The notes beneath the pieces are model-generated. The model saw only the letters and a list, made by a program, of their open reading frames with translations, did no database searches and was not told where the DNA came from. From NCBI RefSeq assembly GCF_006345805.1, contig NC_043010.1, positions 310,001 through 374,000 on the forward strand: a stretch of DNA of 64,000 nucleotides, written 5' to 3'. This DNA comes from Octopus sinensis. Its lineage: Eukaryota. Both the position numbers and the translations under genes were made by a program. Below are positions 24,440 to 38,275 of the stretch, piece after piece. The stretch's first letter is position 1, and every line of letters begins with the position of its first letter.

Positions 24440-26617
24440 CTGAACATCTCTCCAGCCGAACTCCCGGCCCTTTGATGTCTCCAACGCCGCAAAGACATCA
24501 TCATAAAACGAGCCGACAAGGGTGGAGCTGTGGTGGTGTTACGCACGAACCTCTACAAGGCCAACTTCAAGACACCTCCTACTGCTCTCTGTCCTCTAAC
24601 CCCATGCCCAGCTCCCAATAGACTGTGTCCTCCACTATCCATGAGCTCATCTCCTCCACCTGTCTCCCCCCCACCACCTCTAACCTCATTGTTCGCACCC
24701 CACAATTTACTTCCCAAAATCCACAAACCTAACAACCCTGGCTGCCCCATTATCTCCGCCTGCAACTGCCCCACCGAACTCATCTCCAGATATCTTGACC
24801 GTGTTCTTGCCCATCTAGTGGCTTCCCTCACCACAAGGGGCTGCGTGCACTCCAACATTTCCTTGACCTTCGACCCAACCTCCAACCTGACTCATCCACA
24901 CTTCTTCATTTGGCTGAACTTGTCCTCTCACTTAATTACTTCTCGTTCGTGGGTGATTTTTACCAGCGCTACTTGGGAGTGGTCATGGGAACAAGAATGG
25001 ACCCCAACTATGTGAACCTGTTTGTTGTCCACGTTGAGGCCCAAATATTCTCAAGTTTCACATTATATTGATGACTGTATCCATTCGACCTCACTCTTCC
25101 ACGAACATCTATACTTCTTCCTCTCTTTTGTCAAATCTTTCCATCCTACCCTCCACTTCTGCACTATTTCCGACACCTCAGTCGCCTTTCTTGACATTTC
25201 GGTCAGCATTCATCACTCCACTCTCACTACCTCCATTCACTACAAACACACAGACTCACACTCATACCTCAACTTCTCCTCCCACCCTAAACACACCAAG
25301 CTCTCCATCCCCTATTCCTAATTCCTCCGTCTACTCAGTCTCAACTCACGGCTCGCCACTTCATCCTATGTGGATATCCCCTCACCACCATCCACACTGC
25401 CCTTGTCAGAGCACGTTCCGTGGACCATGCATCTGCTCTCTCCCCCTGCACCTGCCCTGCTGTTATCCATCTCCCGCTTTCCCTCACCTACCGCCCTACC
25501 TCTCCAACGCACCATTCTCTGAGCCTTCCGGCAACTCCTGTCTGACCCCTCCACTTTGCACATCTTCCATAACTGACCCCCCTCCTCCTTCAAATGAGCC
25601 CACAACCTACAAGACCTTTTGGTCCACAGCTTCCCTAACCCAGTCTCCCGACCCAGCTCATTCCCCTGCTCCTGTCCATGCTGCTGCACTTGCTTACCTC
25701 TCCAGCACCATCCTCCTCACAGGTTCCCATCATCGACCCTATCATATCACTGATTCCTTCACCTGCATTTCTAGCAATGTCATCTACTGCATCTCCTACT
25801 CTTTCTTTGTCCTTTTCTATACATCGGTCAAATGGGACGCTGCTTGACTGACCAGTTTGCGGAACACCTCCAAGACATCAGACTTGGCAATGACACCCCA
25901 GTCTCGTGCCATTTCCACTCTACCAGTCACTCTCTACAACACCTGTCTGTGTTTGGATTGTCCTTGCACAGGCGCCATCCGAACTTCTGTCTTTGCTGTG
26001 AGCAGGGATTAATCTTGTCTCTTCGCTTTTTTGCACCACATGGGCTCAACTCTCCTCTCTTGCTCTGGTACTTCCTCTCTTCACTCCTACTCACCTTCTC
26101 CTTCCACTCTCTCCCTTCATCATCACCCATTCCCTCGTTACTCCACCCCTACACATTCTCATCCCACCGTCCCTATACATCCCATCCCTTAGACCCTACC
26201 CTTGCTTCCCCCACCCTCGCCTCCCTCACACCCCAACACCACACCACACACCACCATACCACACCACATCACACCACCCTGCGCACTCTAGCACTGACCA
26301 CTTCCCAGTAGCCACACCATCATCCACACACATGCACATACATGCATGTGTGCCTTCGTTTTGGGATCACCACTACTTTATTATTTCCCCTTCTTCCTAG
26401 CTCTGTGATCCCTCTGTCCAGCATTTGCTATGATAGATCGCAAGCCACTAAACCTTTTTCTATTTTCTCTCCCTGTTTATTTCTGGGTTCCTTTCTGTTG
26501 AAGAGCATAGGCTCGAAACGTAAAAGACTTTCTCACTTCCCGAGCGTTAAACTAATACATCTGTTTGTTGTTTCCACACCCGTCTTAATCTTTTGTTTCT
26601 TTGTAAATTCTCACTAC
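24440..26617 (+). mobile_element. Penelope-like element (C-rich family), degraded RT + GIY-YIG + pseudo-LTR
   Basis: IIIKRADKGGAVVV, LLPKIHKPNNPG.PIIS, YKHTDSHSYL, SNVIYCI...YIGQMGR.L..F.EH, LRFFAPHGLN; hammerhead near the 3' end. Confidence 0.88.
26491..26526 (+). ncRNA. minimal type I hammerhead ribozyme motif
   Basis: CUUU-CUGUUGA-A-GAGC(AUAG)GCUC-GAAACGUA-AAAG; palindromic ACGU at stem III; U instead of A at core position 6. Confidence 0.75.
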
Positions 26618-26648
<31 letters not shown>

Positions 26649-27269
26649 TGCTCATTCCCATCAGAGTACATATGGCACCCTACTTTCTTCTAGTCTTTCC
26701 CGCCATCACTAAGCTTTTATGTGTCCATCTGTTTCATCACCTTGCCCCTTTTTGTCTGGCTAGAACTTTGCCCCAGCCACAGACCTGATCGTTTGGATGG
26801 TTCAGCTGGATTTGATGAACCAGAGAACCGTGTTGGGCTCCACTGACTGCGGTGGCATAGTTTCTAAGCCTGAATACCTTTTCTAATGCCAACCACTTAA
26901 CAGAGTGTACTGGGTACCTTTCTTTTATTTATATTGCCCAGGCTCTAGTGAGGTAACCTAGCAATCTTATCTTTGCAAGATAAAATTCTTTAACAGTGTT
27001 GGGAGTGGGGTATTGCAGGAAGTGGCTTTGTGCCAGGTGCTGAGAGGCTAATGTATGGTAGATGGGGAGGAGCAGGTGTTTTGCAGTGGAGGAGAGACAT
27101 GGCTGCTTCAGCAGGAAACAGAGAAAGGGTGGTGTAAGTGAAGTGTCAGGATATCCTTCAAAGTACAAGGAGGTGGATAAAGAGAGAACAAGAACAATGA
27201 ATCGAGTATGGCTGGGTGAGTAGGTTGTTGAAAGTGAATATCGTCATCATTGACAGTGGCAAGGACTTG

Positions 27270-27835
27270 TTTCTGTGTATTTGGTTGAGTGGAGTGAGGG
27301 AGTGATAGGCGCTCTGATGGCTAATAAGCCCAATTCCTACTCTAAACAACTTGTTGTCAGAATCGCATTAGATTGTAGGTGCTGGTTGGAGTTAGGTTGC
27401 TCTGACTTTCCTGCATTGTCATTTCATTCCAAAATCCATTCTTCTGTTTCCTTCAAAATGTGATATTCCTGCCTCAGTCAAATTACACCAAACAGTGCAT
27501 TGGTTTTTTTGTCATTTCCAAGGAATTCTGGTCTATACCAGTAATCTTCCTTCAATTTGTCTTTATAGCATCATGGGGGTGTCACAAGAGTGTCTACCAT
27601 TGTTCAATTCCCCAAATAGGAATATCTTTGTAAACCTGTTTTCCCCCATGTGAGCCATGTGGCCTGTCCATCTGAGGTAGTACTTGATGATTGTAGCCTC
27701 TATGTTAACTCATTTCACTCCCTTTATTATGCCAGTGTTGGCAACATAGTCTTCCCATTCAATGTTCATGATAGACCAGAATTTCTTTTGATGCAATTGT
27801 TCAAGCTTTTTTAGGTCATAGTGGTACCCACTCTT
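27270..27835 (-). mobile_element. old RTE LINE C-terminal fragment
   Basis: KKLEQLHQK..SIMNIEWEDYV.N, YLRWTGHMAHM, LFGEL..G, and a terminal FRVGIGLISHQ segment. Confidence 0.7.
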
Positions 27836-28149
27836 ACAGCTGGGTACTATATATGTATATATTTGTATGCGTATGTGTGTGTATGTATGTGCTTATATTT
27901 AGAAATATATATTTGTATATGTGTGTATATATATATATACATATACACACACACACACACACCAGTGTCTCCCCAAAATGTATATATACATGGAATGATT
28001 ATAAAGCTAGTTAAAATACATTTCCTTTTAAAAATTTAATAGAATCTACAGATAGCATTTAATTCTTTTTATGAATGCCTCTTTTGAAATAGATGATCGT
28101 TTAGCTCCAGGCACTGCTGATAATACAAAGCAATGGAATAAAAAAAAAA

Positions 28150-29050
28150 AAGAAAAGAAAGAAAACAGGAAACTGTTTGGTATTTGTGTGTATTCTCCTT
28201 CAATAGCTGCCCTCAATTTGGTGACTGTTGCCTGTTTTTATCATAAATTTTATCCTTTAAATCTTCCCATAAAAAAAGTCTAGTGGTATTAGGTCTGTTG
28301 AACACAGTGGGTATTCTACTGAAACTCCTTATCCAATGCAACCCTTTTACAAAAATCTCATCATTGGAGGCCTTTATATTGCTATAGTGGTGTAGGGATG
28401 CTCCATCTTGCTGGAAATAAAACATCACATCTTCAAAGTCCTCTCAAATGCTTGGAACGACAGATTGTTGCTGCAAGTTCAAGTAAATGGGTTCTGTTAT
28501 AATACTTTCAAAAAAGAATGGTCCAATTAATCCTTTTGATGCTAAGCCACACTATACAGTAACTCCTGGTATATTAACCTGGTGTTCCTCTGTAATATAT
28601 GGATTCTTAGGTCCCCAGTAGGTGCGACTGGGGCAGTTAATTGTGCGATTTAATTTCAATGTAGCTTCATCACTCCAAGCAATCTTTGTTGGAAAGTGTG
28701 CATCTTTGACACATCTTGCCAAGTACACTTGCAAAACTCCCATTCTTTACTCCAGATCATCTTCATTGAGAGCAAAGACTATTCTTGAAATGTAATTTTT
28801 CCCACGACAGGGCTTCAAAATGCGATGGACACTTGATTTTAAAATTCCTATCTTGTGACTCGTTTGCTGCACAGATTTTCTTGAACACTAACAATATGTT
28901 TCTAGTACCTGCTCTTGTTTTATGGGGCTTTTAGATGTTTGTGATTTCCAGAACATTTCTTGCAGACATTCTGGACAATTCAGTCTGCTTCAAACTTATC
29001 TTTAATTCAAGTGATGGCAAGTCATGTAGGTGGATCTATTTAAAACTCCC
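28150..29050 (-). mobile_element. Tc1/mariner-superfamily transposase remnant
   Basis: [12 protein letters not shown]...YWGPKNP and FQQDGA..H...LWEDLKDKIY in broken frames. Confidence 0.7.
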
Positions 29051-29383
29051 TCTTAAACTTCCTTTATACATTAACTGCAGTTTCAAATTTCCAATAGCAC
29101 TTAGGATAAATTTCCCCTATTCTAAGCTTAGTCTGGCTCCTTTCATTATTTCTAATGGATTAAATTGAAAAAGAAATGAAAATAACATTACCAGCTGTTA
29201 AAGTGTGTATACATGGTTATAGATGATGATGATATATATTATGAAGGATTTTTGTCTAATGACGTAATATAAAAGGTATGTATTGTAAGTGCTTGGTTTG
29301 GTTTACCACTAAGGCTTTGGTTTGAACTTCAACAGAAAACAAGTTGGTGCTGAGGCTGCCTAGAAGTGGTTTATTGTGGAGTG

Positions 29384-29422
<39 letters not shown>

Positions 29423-29450
29423 TAGAAATGAAGAACAGACAAGCAAAACT

Positions 29451-30259
29451 TGTGGTATTACTTTACCGCCTTTAATTTATAATTTAAACATAGATTAGTT
29501 ATAGTAAATAGGTAAAGTCTCTTACAACTGTTTCTAGAATAGCTAAGCATGTACAGCATGCGTTATTGAGCAAATATTCCCACATGAGCTAAGTAGTTTG
29601 TCATCAGAGAGAGAGAAATAACTAAGGAATATCCTTATACAAGTATATTAGTAGTTACCAGTTCATTAAATAACTAAGGATTGTCCAAAGAAATATATTA
29701 GTTCCATGGTGGAAAAACTAATGAAATCTTTAGTAAACAATGATATCCATTACTAGTTTCATTGTTGAAGTATCAAGGAAAATCTGAGGTGTAAGACGAT
29801 AGAAGTTACCAGTTCCATCAACCCTCATGCACTTATCTTTCCTTCACACTATCTTGTACTCTTTGAGTACAAGACTCATATCTACCTCATTTTCTCTTCA
29901 ATGATGGAAATAGTTCCTTGGATTTTCCTTAATACTTCAACAATGGAACTACTAACAGATATTTTTGTTTACTAAGGAATTCATTCATTCTTTGACCATG
30001 AAACTAACAACCAGTATTATATTTCTTCTGTGGACACTCCTTAGTTATTCAGCAAACTGGTAACTATTAGTATCCTTGTTTAAGGATATTCTTAATTTCT
30101 CTCTTTCCAATGATGGAATACTTAGTTTACTTGGAAATCCTTGTGCAATAACACATACTTAGCTATTCTAGAAACAGCTGTAAGAGATTTTACCTATTAA
30201 CTATAACTACTCTAATCTATGTTTAAATTATAGATTAAAGGCTCTAAAGTGATACCACA
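29451..30259. mobile_element. 809-bp element made of two diverged ~340-bp inverted arms, each with a hammerhead remnant (inverted pseudo-LTR pair)
   Basis: TGTGGTATTACTTTACCGCCTTTAATTTATAATTTAAACATAGATTAG matches the reverse complement of the right end; HHR motifs at 29518-29612 (-) and about 30099-30187 (+). Confidence 0.75.
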
Positions 30260-30308
30260 TCTTTTACTTGTCCTCTATTTCTTATACATATGTGTGTGAG
30301 ATATATAT

Positions 30309-30353
<45 letters not shown>

Positions 30354-30960
30354 TGTTGACATCGTAGAAATTTTATAAACTTTCAGGAGCTTGTGAAATA
30401 ATTCTTTTTTGGATTATTATATTTTGAAGTATATACATAAAGCTATAAATTATAGCATGTAAATCTTGGGTAGAAAACCCCTTTTGGATTAAAAATATGT
30501 GTGTGTATTTGTATATATATATATGTTTGTGTAAATACACACACACATCTGTCTTTGTTCACGAACACACACATGCCCTATTCTTGCATATCTTATAGTG
30601 TGGATCAATAAGTTGTTTCATTTATTTATGCATTCTAAAATCCTCACTTTCAAATACCAAAGAATTTACTTGTAGGACATCAAAGTCTTGTCATTAGTAT
30701 TGTCTTTAGAAGGATAATAGGTTGTTGTGCATTTGAAAGGAAATATTCTTAGTTAAGGTAGATGACTGGTGGAATTCTTCGAGCTTTGGAAAAACAATGC
30801 TTTGCAGTATGTGTTCTGACTCTTAACATTCAGAGTTCAAATCCTATTCAGTCAATTTCACCTTTCATTCTTTTGCAGTTGATAAAACAAAGTGCCAGTC
30901 AAGTATCGACTGCAAAAGGGGGTTGGTGTAATCCATTGATCCCTTCTCCTCTTAAATGTG

Positions 30961-31190
30961 AAGGCATGTGGCTTAGTGGTTAAGGTGTTGAACTCATGAT
31001 CGTAAGATTGTAGTTTTGATTCCTGGATCGGGTGACATGTTGAGCAAAATACTTTTCATGCTCCAGTCCACTCAGCTGGCAAAAATGAGTAATCCTGCAA
31101 TGGACTAGCATCCTATCCATGTGGAAAATTCATATGCCATGAAACCAGGAAACCGGACTTTATGAGTTGGCAATGACTTGAGAAGGTAAC
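30961..31190 (+). mobile_element. tRNA-derived SINE, second family
   Basis: GGCATGTGGCTTAGTGGTTAAGG A-box, TTGATTCC B-box remnant, GCTCCAGTCCACTCAGCTG...GATGGACTAGCATCC-like body; related copy at 61306-61600. Confidence 0.7.
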
Positions 31191-32899
31191 TTTTCCTTTA
31201 CCTTTTATGCCCTCACCTTTACAAATTTGTGACTGTTTGTACTAATGTAAGAAACCACTCATTTTGTAATCATTATAAAAGTACAAACGATGCCATGAAA
31301 TTAAGGTAGTTGACTACCCATATATGATGGAACCCTGAACAAATAATTAAGAAGAGCAGTTAACTGGTCTTGAGTTGTTAGCATGCCAGACAAAATGCAT
31401 TGTGGCATTTCTTGCAGCTTAATTCCACTGAGGTCGATTTTTGCCTTTCATCCTTTCGGTGGTCAAAAAAATAAAGTACCACTTGAGCACTGGGGTGATG
31501 TAATTAACTAGGCCCCTACCCCAACATTTCAGGCATTCTGCCTGTTGTAGAAAGGATTATTTTATTATTACAGATCCTTTTGTTTTGGGATTTCATACTC
31601 TAATGGTGGTGGAATGAGGCTCATTCTTTTCCTTTTGTCATCAATAACATTAGTGCAGTAGGATGCTTAGGTTTAATGAACGAATTTGTTCTGTACTAAT
31701 CTTTGACCATGTATCAGTGTTAGGATGAAATCTAGTATCAACTAAATCCAAAATCAGTACCAGTCATGAACTAGTGTCATTTTGATCAACTATGCCTTCA
31801 CCTTTACAAATTTACGACTGTATTAGTATAAGAAACCACTCATTTTGTAATCATTTTAAAAGTACAAACGATGCCATGAAATTAAAGGTACTTGACTACC
31901 CATATATGATTGAACCCTGAACAAATAATGATTTGCCTGGCTGGCACAAGGTTTCAGTTTTCATTTCTAATCCACAATTGAATGACCTATTAAAAATGCT
32001 CTATTTGATTTCCTATGTTAACAAACACCATTTAGAAAAGGTATGAATGTTATTAATTCTTATTACACCCACCTCACTACACAAAGGTTTTTGAGAAAAA
32101 AATCAAGAGTCATCTATCAGTCACCTGTCTTCTCTCTAAATTTGCTGTATCATTTGAGTGGAACTTTTGTTGCTTTGAATGACAAATATTTTATATCCAA
32201 AGCTAGTGTGTGGTGGTATGGTATTCAAACTTTTCTACTACATCCAAACTTTCATATCAAGCACAGATTTGTAAATAAAAATGGGTGGCAACATTCTGAT
32301 GCATGTGGCATCAACATGGTGACTGCACAGTCTCACAACTTAGAGGGAATGTTAATTGTCACTATCAGTACTTGCACCATGACCATCAACATTATTCTTC
32401 AGTATACCTTACCAAAGAATTTTTTTTTTTTGTTCAAATGTTTCACTTTAACTCTGCTGAAAGACTTATTTATTCAATTATTTATTATTATATGAATTTT
32501 TTTGTCTCCTTGAAAACCTTATAAACAACATCTGTAATCTATATACATTTTTTTTTATTTCTTTAAGTTTCTAAACCTACTGAAATATTCCAGTGTATTG
32601 ATTGACATTTTTTGTTTCAACAAATAAAGTTTGTAAAGGTACTTAAAAAGATATGAATACCAATGTTTGTTTATTGTTTTTCCATGTTTGGTGGCTTCAT
32701 TGTTATTTGGTCATCCCAAAAGTAATGTCCAAATTTTTGGTAAGAAAAAGTGATCTAATTTTACATTTTATTAAATATTAACCCTGTATATAATTCCCAT
32801 CATTATCAATGACCTCTTTCCATTTACTCATCAGTTTTTTAATTACATTGGTAAAAAAATTCTTTTGGTTTTGATGAGAAGAAAGAGAGGATGAAGACT

Positions 32900-33810
32900 A
32901 TTTCATCTAAATGATTGTGTAAGCTTCAAAATAGATGGTAATCAGAAAGACCCAGGTCCAAGGAATAAGGCAGGTAAAGAATTTTTTTCTGATGTAATCT
33001 TTGCAGTGTGAGGCCTTGCATTATCATGATGAAACACCACTCCCTTATGAGTCACCAAAGCAGGCCTTTTTTCTTCAAAGCAGCATCCAAACGCTCTAAT
33101 TGTTGGCAATAGGTGTGAGCAGTAATTGTTGCATTAGTTGATAGCAGCTCAAAGTGGATGACTCCAATGCAATCCCACTAAATAGAACCTTTTTTGCATG
33201 GAGGTTCTTTTTGGGTTGTGGTTTAGCCTGTTCTTCATTGCCTGCATTACCAGTCACTAATCTGTCCAAAAATGGTGAGATACAATCACGAGAGCAAAGA
33301 GATGAGCAGATGTCCACTCATGATTTTCGGTTGGCTTCTATCAAATCATGGAGAGCCCATTTTCTGAGTTTGGGCACCTTTCCAAGGTGTTGAAGATAGT
33401 GGTGAACAGTTGAATGACTTGAATTAAGTTTGTTTGCCAATTCTTCAAATTATACAGCATTATCCTTCTCAAGCTCTGACAAAAGAAGCTCATCCTCAAA
33501 TTCAACAGAACATCCTATTCATTTTTGAACATCGAAAACCATCGTCTGCAACTTTTTCATTCAAGCACTCTTCCCCATAAACAGAATGGATTTTTGGGGT
33601 TGCTTCTGCTGCACTGTTTGCCTTTTTGATCTCATAAAGCATCATGTACCTTCAATGTTCCTTCGATATGTCAGTTTTTGAGTAATTAATTCAGTCAGAT
33701 TATTCTGTAAAAATAAATTATATTAAATTAAAGGTTTCCAAGTTCGTATGTGTATCAATCAATACTGTTTGACATTTTAGAGTGATGTAAAAACTTGATG
33801 GAAATTACAT
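32900..33810 (-). mobile_element. mariner remnant
   Basis: QPKKNLHAKKVLFS, then frameshifted GVIHFELLSTNATITAHTYCQQLERLDAALKKKRPA...IM..HDNAR. Confidence 0.75.
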
Positions 33811-36311
33811 ATATTTCGAACATTGTTTATGAGATGACCTGTGCAACCATGCTGGAGCAGTCTTGAAGGGTTTACTCAAACAAATTAACCCAGAATTTTT
33901 TAAAGCCTAGTACTTATTCTGTCAGTCTCTTTTGTTCAACCAAGTTATGGGGAGGTAAACAAACCAACACCAGTTGTCAAGCAGTGGGGGAACACAAACA
34001 CAGACATACATGTGTATATACATATATATATATATATATATATACGTGTGTGTGATGGGCTTTTACATAGTTTCTGTCTACAAAATTTACTCACTAAGTT
34101 TTGACTGGCCTAGGGCTGCAGTAGAAGACACTTTCCCAAGGTGCCACACAGTAGGATTGAACCTGAAAGCACATGGTTGTAAAGAGCAAATTGAATACAA
34201 CATTACCAGAAACTGTTGTAAATAACTGGACACAAAGTTTACTTGGTAATTTGAATCTTCAATGGTTTATAAATGGCTAACAGACATAATATATTCTTGT
34301 CAATTTAACAACAACTAGGTTCAAGTCAGTGTGGGAATCTCAAAGTGAGAGGCTCCTAACCTAGAATACAAAATAAGGATTTCAGGGGTTGTAAGAAAGA
34401 GAAGTATATTATTATCATCATCATCATTTAATGACCACTGCCATGCTTGCATGGATCAAATGGAATTTGAATTTGTTGAGGCAAATTTTCTCTGGCCAGA
34501 TGACCTTCCTGCCACCATCCCTTCCCTGCTTCCAAGCAAGGGAATATTTCCCCACAGTCAGACATGTTCATGAAAGACTGGAAATGAACAATACTGCTTG
34601 TATGATGGTGATGTATGTTTACAACTATCACATGAAGCACACACTAACACACATTTTATTAAAACCAAATAACTATTCTACTAAGTATACTAAGAACATT
34701 ATTATTTTATTTATCTTCTAACTTATATTTGTTTCGGTCATTAGACTGTGGCACCATCTTGAACATTTAGTTGAATGAATCAGCCCCAGGACTTTTTGCT
34801 TCTTTTTCTTTACATTTGGTACTTATTCTATTGGTCCCTTTGCCAAAATTGCTAAGTTACAGTGATACAAACACTCCAACACTGGTTGTCAAGGAATGGG
34901 GTGGAAGTGGGGGCAGACACTGCCACAAAGACATGCACACACACACACACACACATATGACAGGCGTCTTTCAATTGTTGTCTATTAAATCCACTGAGAA
35001 GGCTTTAGTTGGCCCAAAGCTATAATAGTATAGTTGACTGAATCCAAAACCATGTGGTTGGGAAGCCAGCTTCTGTGTCCTCGTTCCATGTGCAACAACA
35101 TGTTTGTGTGAAACTAGATTCAGTTCTCTGGATTTGTCAGTTAAGATAAAATTTCAGAATCACCTGAATTCACTGACAGACTTGCATTTCTTGATCATCA
35201 GGAAAGTTCTACGATTTGATAAAATCATAAATGAGAAGCATCCAAATTAGTTTTGTGGAAGCCACTTCTTGGTGATGTAAGAAGAGTAAAACGTCATCAC
35301 ACTTACATCAACAACTTGATTGCTGACACTGGCCTAAAATGTATCCAGGACCTTGAGGTAGTAATGTTGGACTGAGAAGTGTTTTCGGTGGACTTTGTTG
35401 CTGTGGAACCCAGCCATAAAATAGAATTAATGAGAAGCAAGAACAAAGTCATTGCATTTGCTTACAATTTTTGATTGATTTCATGGTTTACAATGCTTTC
35501 AAGTTGTGCAGTTTGCCTGTTTATTACTGAAAAGCTAGAATTATACATATATACATATGGTAATTCTTTCACATGGCCCAGTCCTTGTTGTGGTGTGGAG
35601 GTCCTTGTTGTATCTCATTGGCCAGCAGAGCACAAGCTCCTTGTGTGGTCTCCCATGCTGGACAGGCCAAAAGATAGAGGCCAAACTGATATGGACCACC
35701 TCTTTCTAGAGGTAAAAATTGGTTTGCATAGCACCTCTACCTAGAAAAATAAGCAAAGTTACAGAAGCATCGATGACAATTCAAAACCAACAAGACCTGT
35801 AAAAGGAAGGCCTTCCTTCAGGGAAACAGAGTCAGGGTACTGAGGCAAAGCTGAAAAAGCAGGGATCCCAGAGCAAGGAGAGAAGCAGAAAAGACATTCC
35901 ACAGTTGAGAATAGTAGAGAAAAGTTGTGGATGGTCTATGTTCCACAGGGAATAAAGGTCTTAAGTCAGTAAAATCTGGTATCAACCGTGTGTTTCTTTG
36001 CTTTTATCAGTTCATATATTAAAGCAATGACATAACTTACATGGACGTTACAAATATATGAATTTTCTCATATTTTTATCTTTTATCTCTTATCTATTAG
36101 TCATTAAACTGTGGCTACGTTGGCACAACACTTTGAAGGGGTTTTAATCAAATGACCCCAGTGCCTTTTTCTAAGCTTGGTTCTTATTCTATCAGTCTTT
36201 ATATTTTTGCCAGACTGCTAAGTTACAGGGGTGTAAACAAACCAATACTGGTTGTCAAGTGGTGGTGAGGGACAAACACAGACACAAAGACACTCACGCA
36301 CACATGTCGCG

Positions 36312-36512
36312 TGTGTACCGTTGGCGATTTTTTTTCCTCCATCTTCCCTTCTCTGGATCTTTCCTTTTCCTATGTTTCTGACGAAGAGCTCCGCTTGAAA
36401 CATTAAACCCTCCTTCTTCCCTTCCTTCCTGAATGTCCAATAATTCTATATTTGTTCCATGTCCTCGCGTTGTTGTGTTTTCTCTTTGTGTTTTCATGTT
36501 TGGATTAACTTT
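36312..36512 (+). mobile_element. solo PLE pseudo-LTR inserted in a SINE
   Basis: Pyrimidine-rich segment with hammerhead, same layout as 26440-26617, ends in (TA)n. Confidence 0.65.
36374..36408 (+). ncRNA. minimal type I hammerhead ribozyme motif, partly decayed
   Basis: GUUU-CUGACGA-A-GAGC(UCC)GCUU-GAAACAUU-AAAC; G16.2 appears mutated to A. Confidence 0.7.
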
Positions 36513-37479
36513 ATATATATATATATATATAAAGATGAAAATGTGTCTGTCTGTGTGAATCCCTAAAACTTGAGAACTCCACAACCAATTTCATTCAAAT
36601 TTTACACATGCCTTACTTAGGGTCCATGCAGTGCCATAGGCCAAAACAATTTTTAACTTCTTGCCAAGTGTGAGCCCAGAGCAATATCATATCTTCTCCA
36701 CTATTTCAGTATTACGTGTCAAAAGTGAAACAATAACATCTCTCTATTGATATTTTCACTTTAATACTGAAACTCTTAAAGTGAAACTATTATCTCTCAC
36801 ATATACAGGCATACATATATATAATATATATATATTATGTGTGTGTATATATATATATATATGTATATCATCATCATCATTTAATTGTAATCTACACCAT
36901 CTAAAGATATTTGTAGAAAATTCTATTAAAAAATACCCAATTTTCTGAAAGTCATGAGGAAATAAAGTCAATTCACACGAATTATCAAAAACTCATCTTC
37001 CCAGCAAGTGAAAAGAAGTTTTCACAAATTTCGATATAATTGTAATCTATACCACCTAAAATGTATTTGGAGAAGATTTCATTATCTCTGTTGGAATAAG
37101 TAAACCAAAAAAATACAAAAAACAAAATTACAAATCAATTATTAAACCAAACAAAAGCAAAAATAAATCATTAAAAAGTATCGATTTGTCACAAAGTTAT
37201 GAGGAAACAAAGTTGGGAGAGCACACCTGTGTAGATATGCTTATTTGTGTGTACTTGGCTTCAACAAAGGTCTTTGGAACGAACTTGAGATGAGGATCAG
37301 ATCATAAAAGACAAACAAAAAACATGTTAAAAAGATCAAAAATAAAAATAGACAGTCGAGAGTGAATACAAAGGGAGTTAATTTGGAAGTTATCTTCCCT
37401 TGTCCAATCTGGCTTTGTCTCATTTTTTTCAAGAAGAGAAAACAAAACTCTCGGCGAAAAACTAATTTCACTTTTGGTT

Positions 37480-37576
37480 TTTATCAATGTCTGTGTTTGG
37501 GTGACTCTGTAATGCATTCGGAACGGATCGATATATTGCATAAATAATTCTGCGAGTAAAAGAAAACTTGGTACAG
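37480..37576 (+). promoter_or_regulatory. candidate non-coding first exon / promoter of the ZNF at 41021
   Basis: Local CpG enrichment about 37390-38160 in repeat-free sequence; consensus donor CAG|GTAAGT at 37576/37577; exon start is approximate. Confidence 0.5.
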
Positions 37577-38275
37577 GTAAGTTCCTCACAGTTTTTGCTT
37601 TTCTTCAACTTTGAAGATCTTTTATTTTTGTTTCTCACCAAAATTCGGAATCGGTTTCAGTTTTTGGTTGAAATCTTTCGAGTTGATTTTCACTTTCACG
37701 TTTGTTACGTTTCGTTGTTGACATTAAGAAGAAATGCCATGAATGCCACAACATGCATTCCTTGTGAATTCTGTCCATTTTCCAAATACAAGTCGCAAAC
37801 TGATCCTTTTAGATTCAGGTTCCTGCAAAACAAAATATCAACCAACTGCAACGAAAGATACTCTAAATGCTGTCCCAGTTTGCTAGAAACAACGGTCAAA
37901 TTCCCCAAGTCGCACCTTTAAGTAGGAAACGTGACAGGATAATGTAGTCTAGAAAAAATGGATTGGTTGGTCATGGCTAGAACGCCTTTAATAATGTCTG
38001 TTCAATCAGAGCCGGGCTTTGATTGATGCGAGATTTAGTGTCCTTTGCAGTGATTTCATTTGTTTTCTTTTTTTTTTACTTTTGTATTTTGAAAAAAAGA
38101 ATGAACGTCACAACTCATCTCTTTCGTCCTTATAAAATATATTCGGTCTTGTGTCGGAGAAAGCAATCCTAGCTGAAAGAAATACCTTCATTTTAAGATA
38201 TTTTAACATTGTTTGTCTTTAGATTAAAACATTGCTTTATTTCTTAATTATCTGGAAAATGATAATTAATACGTC

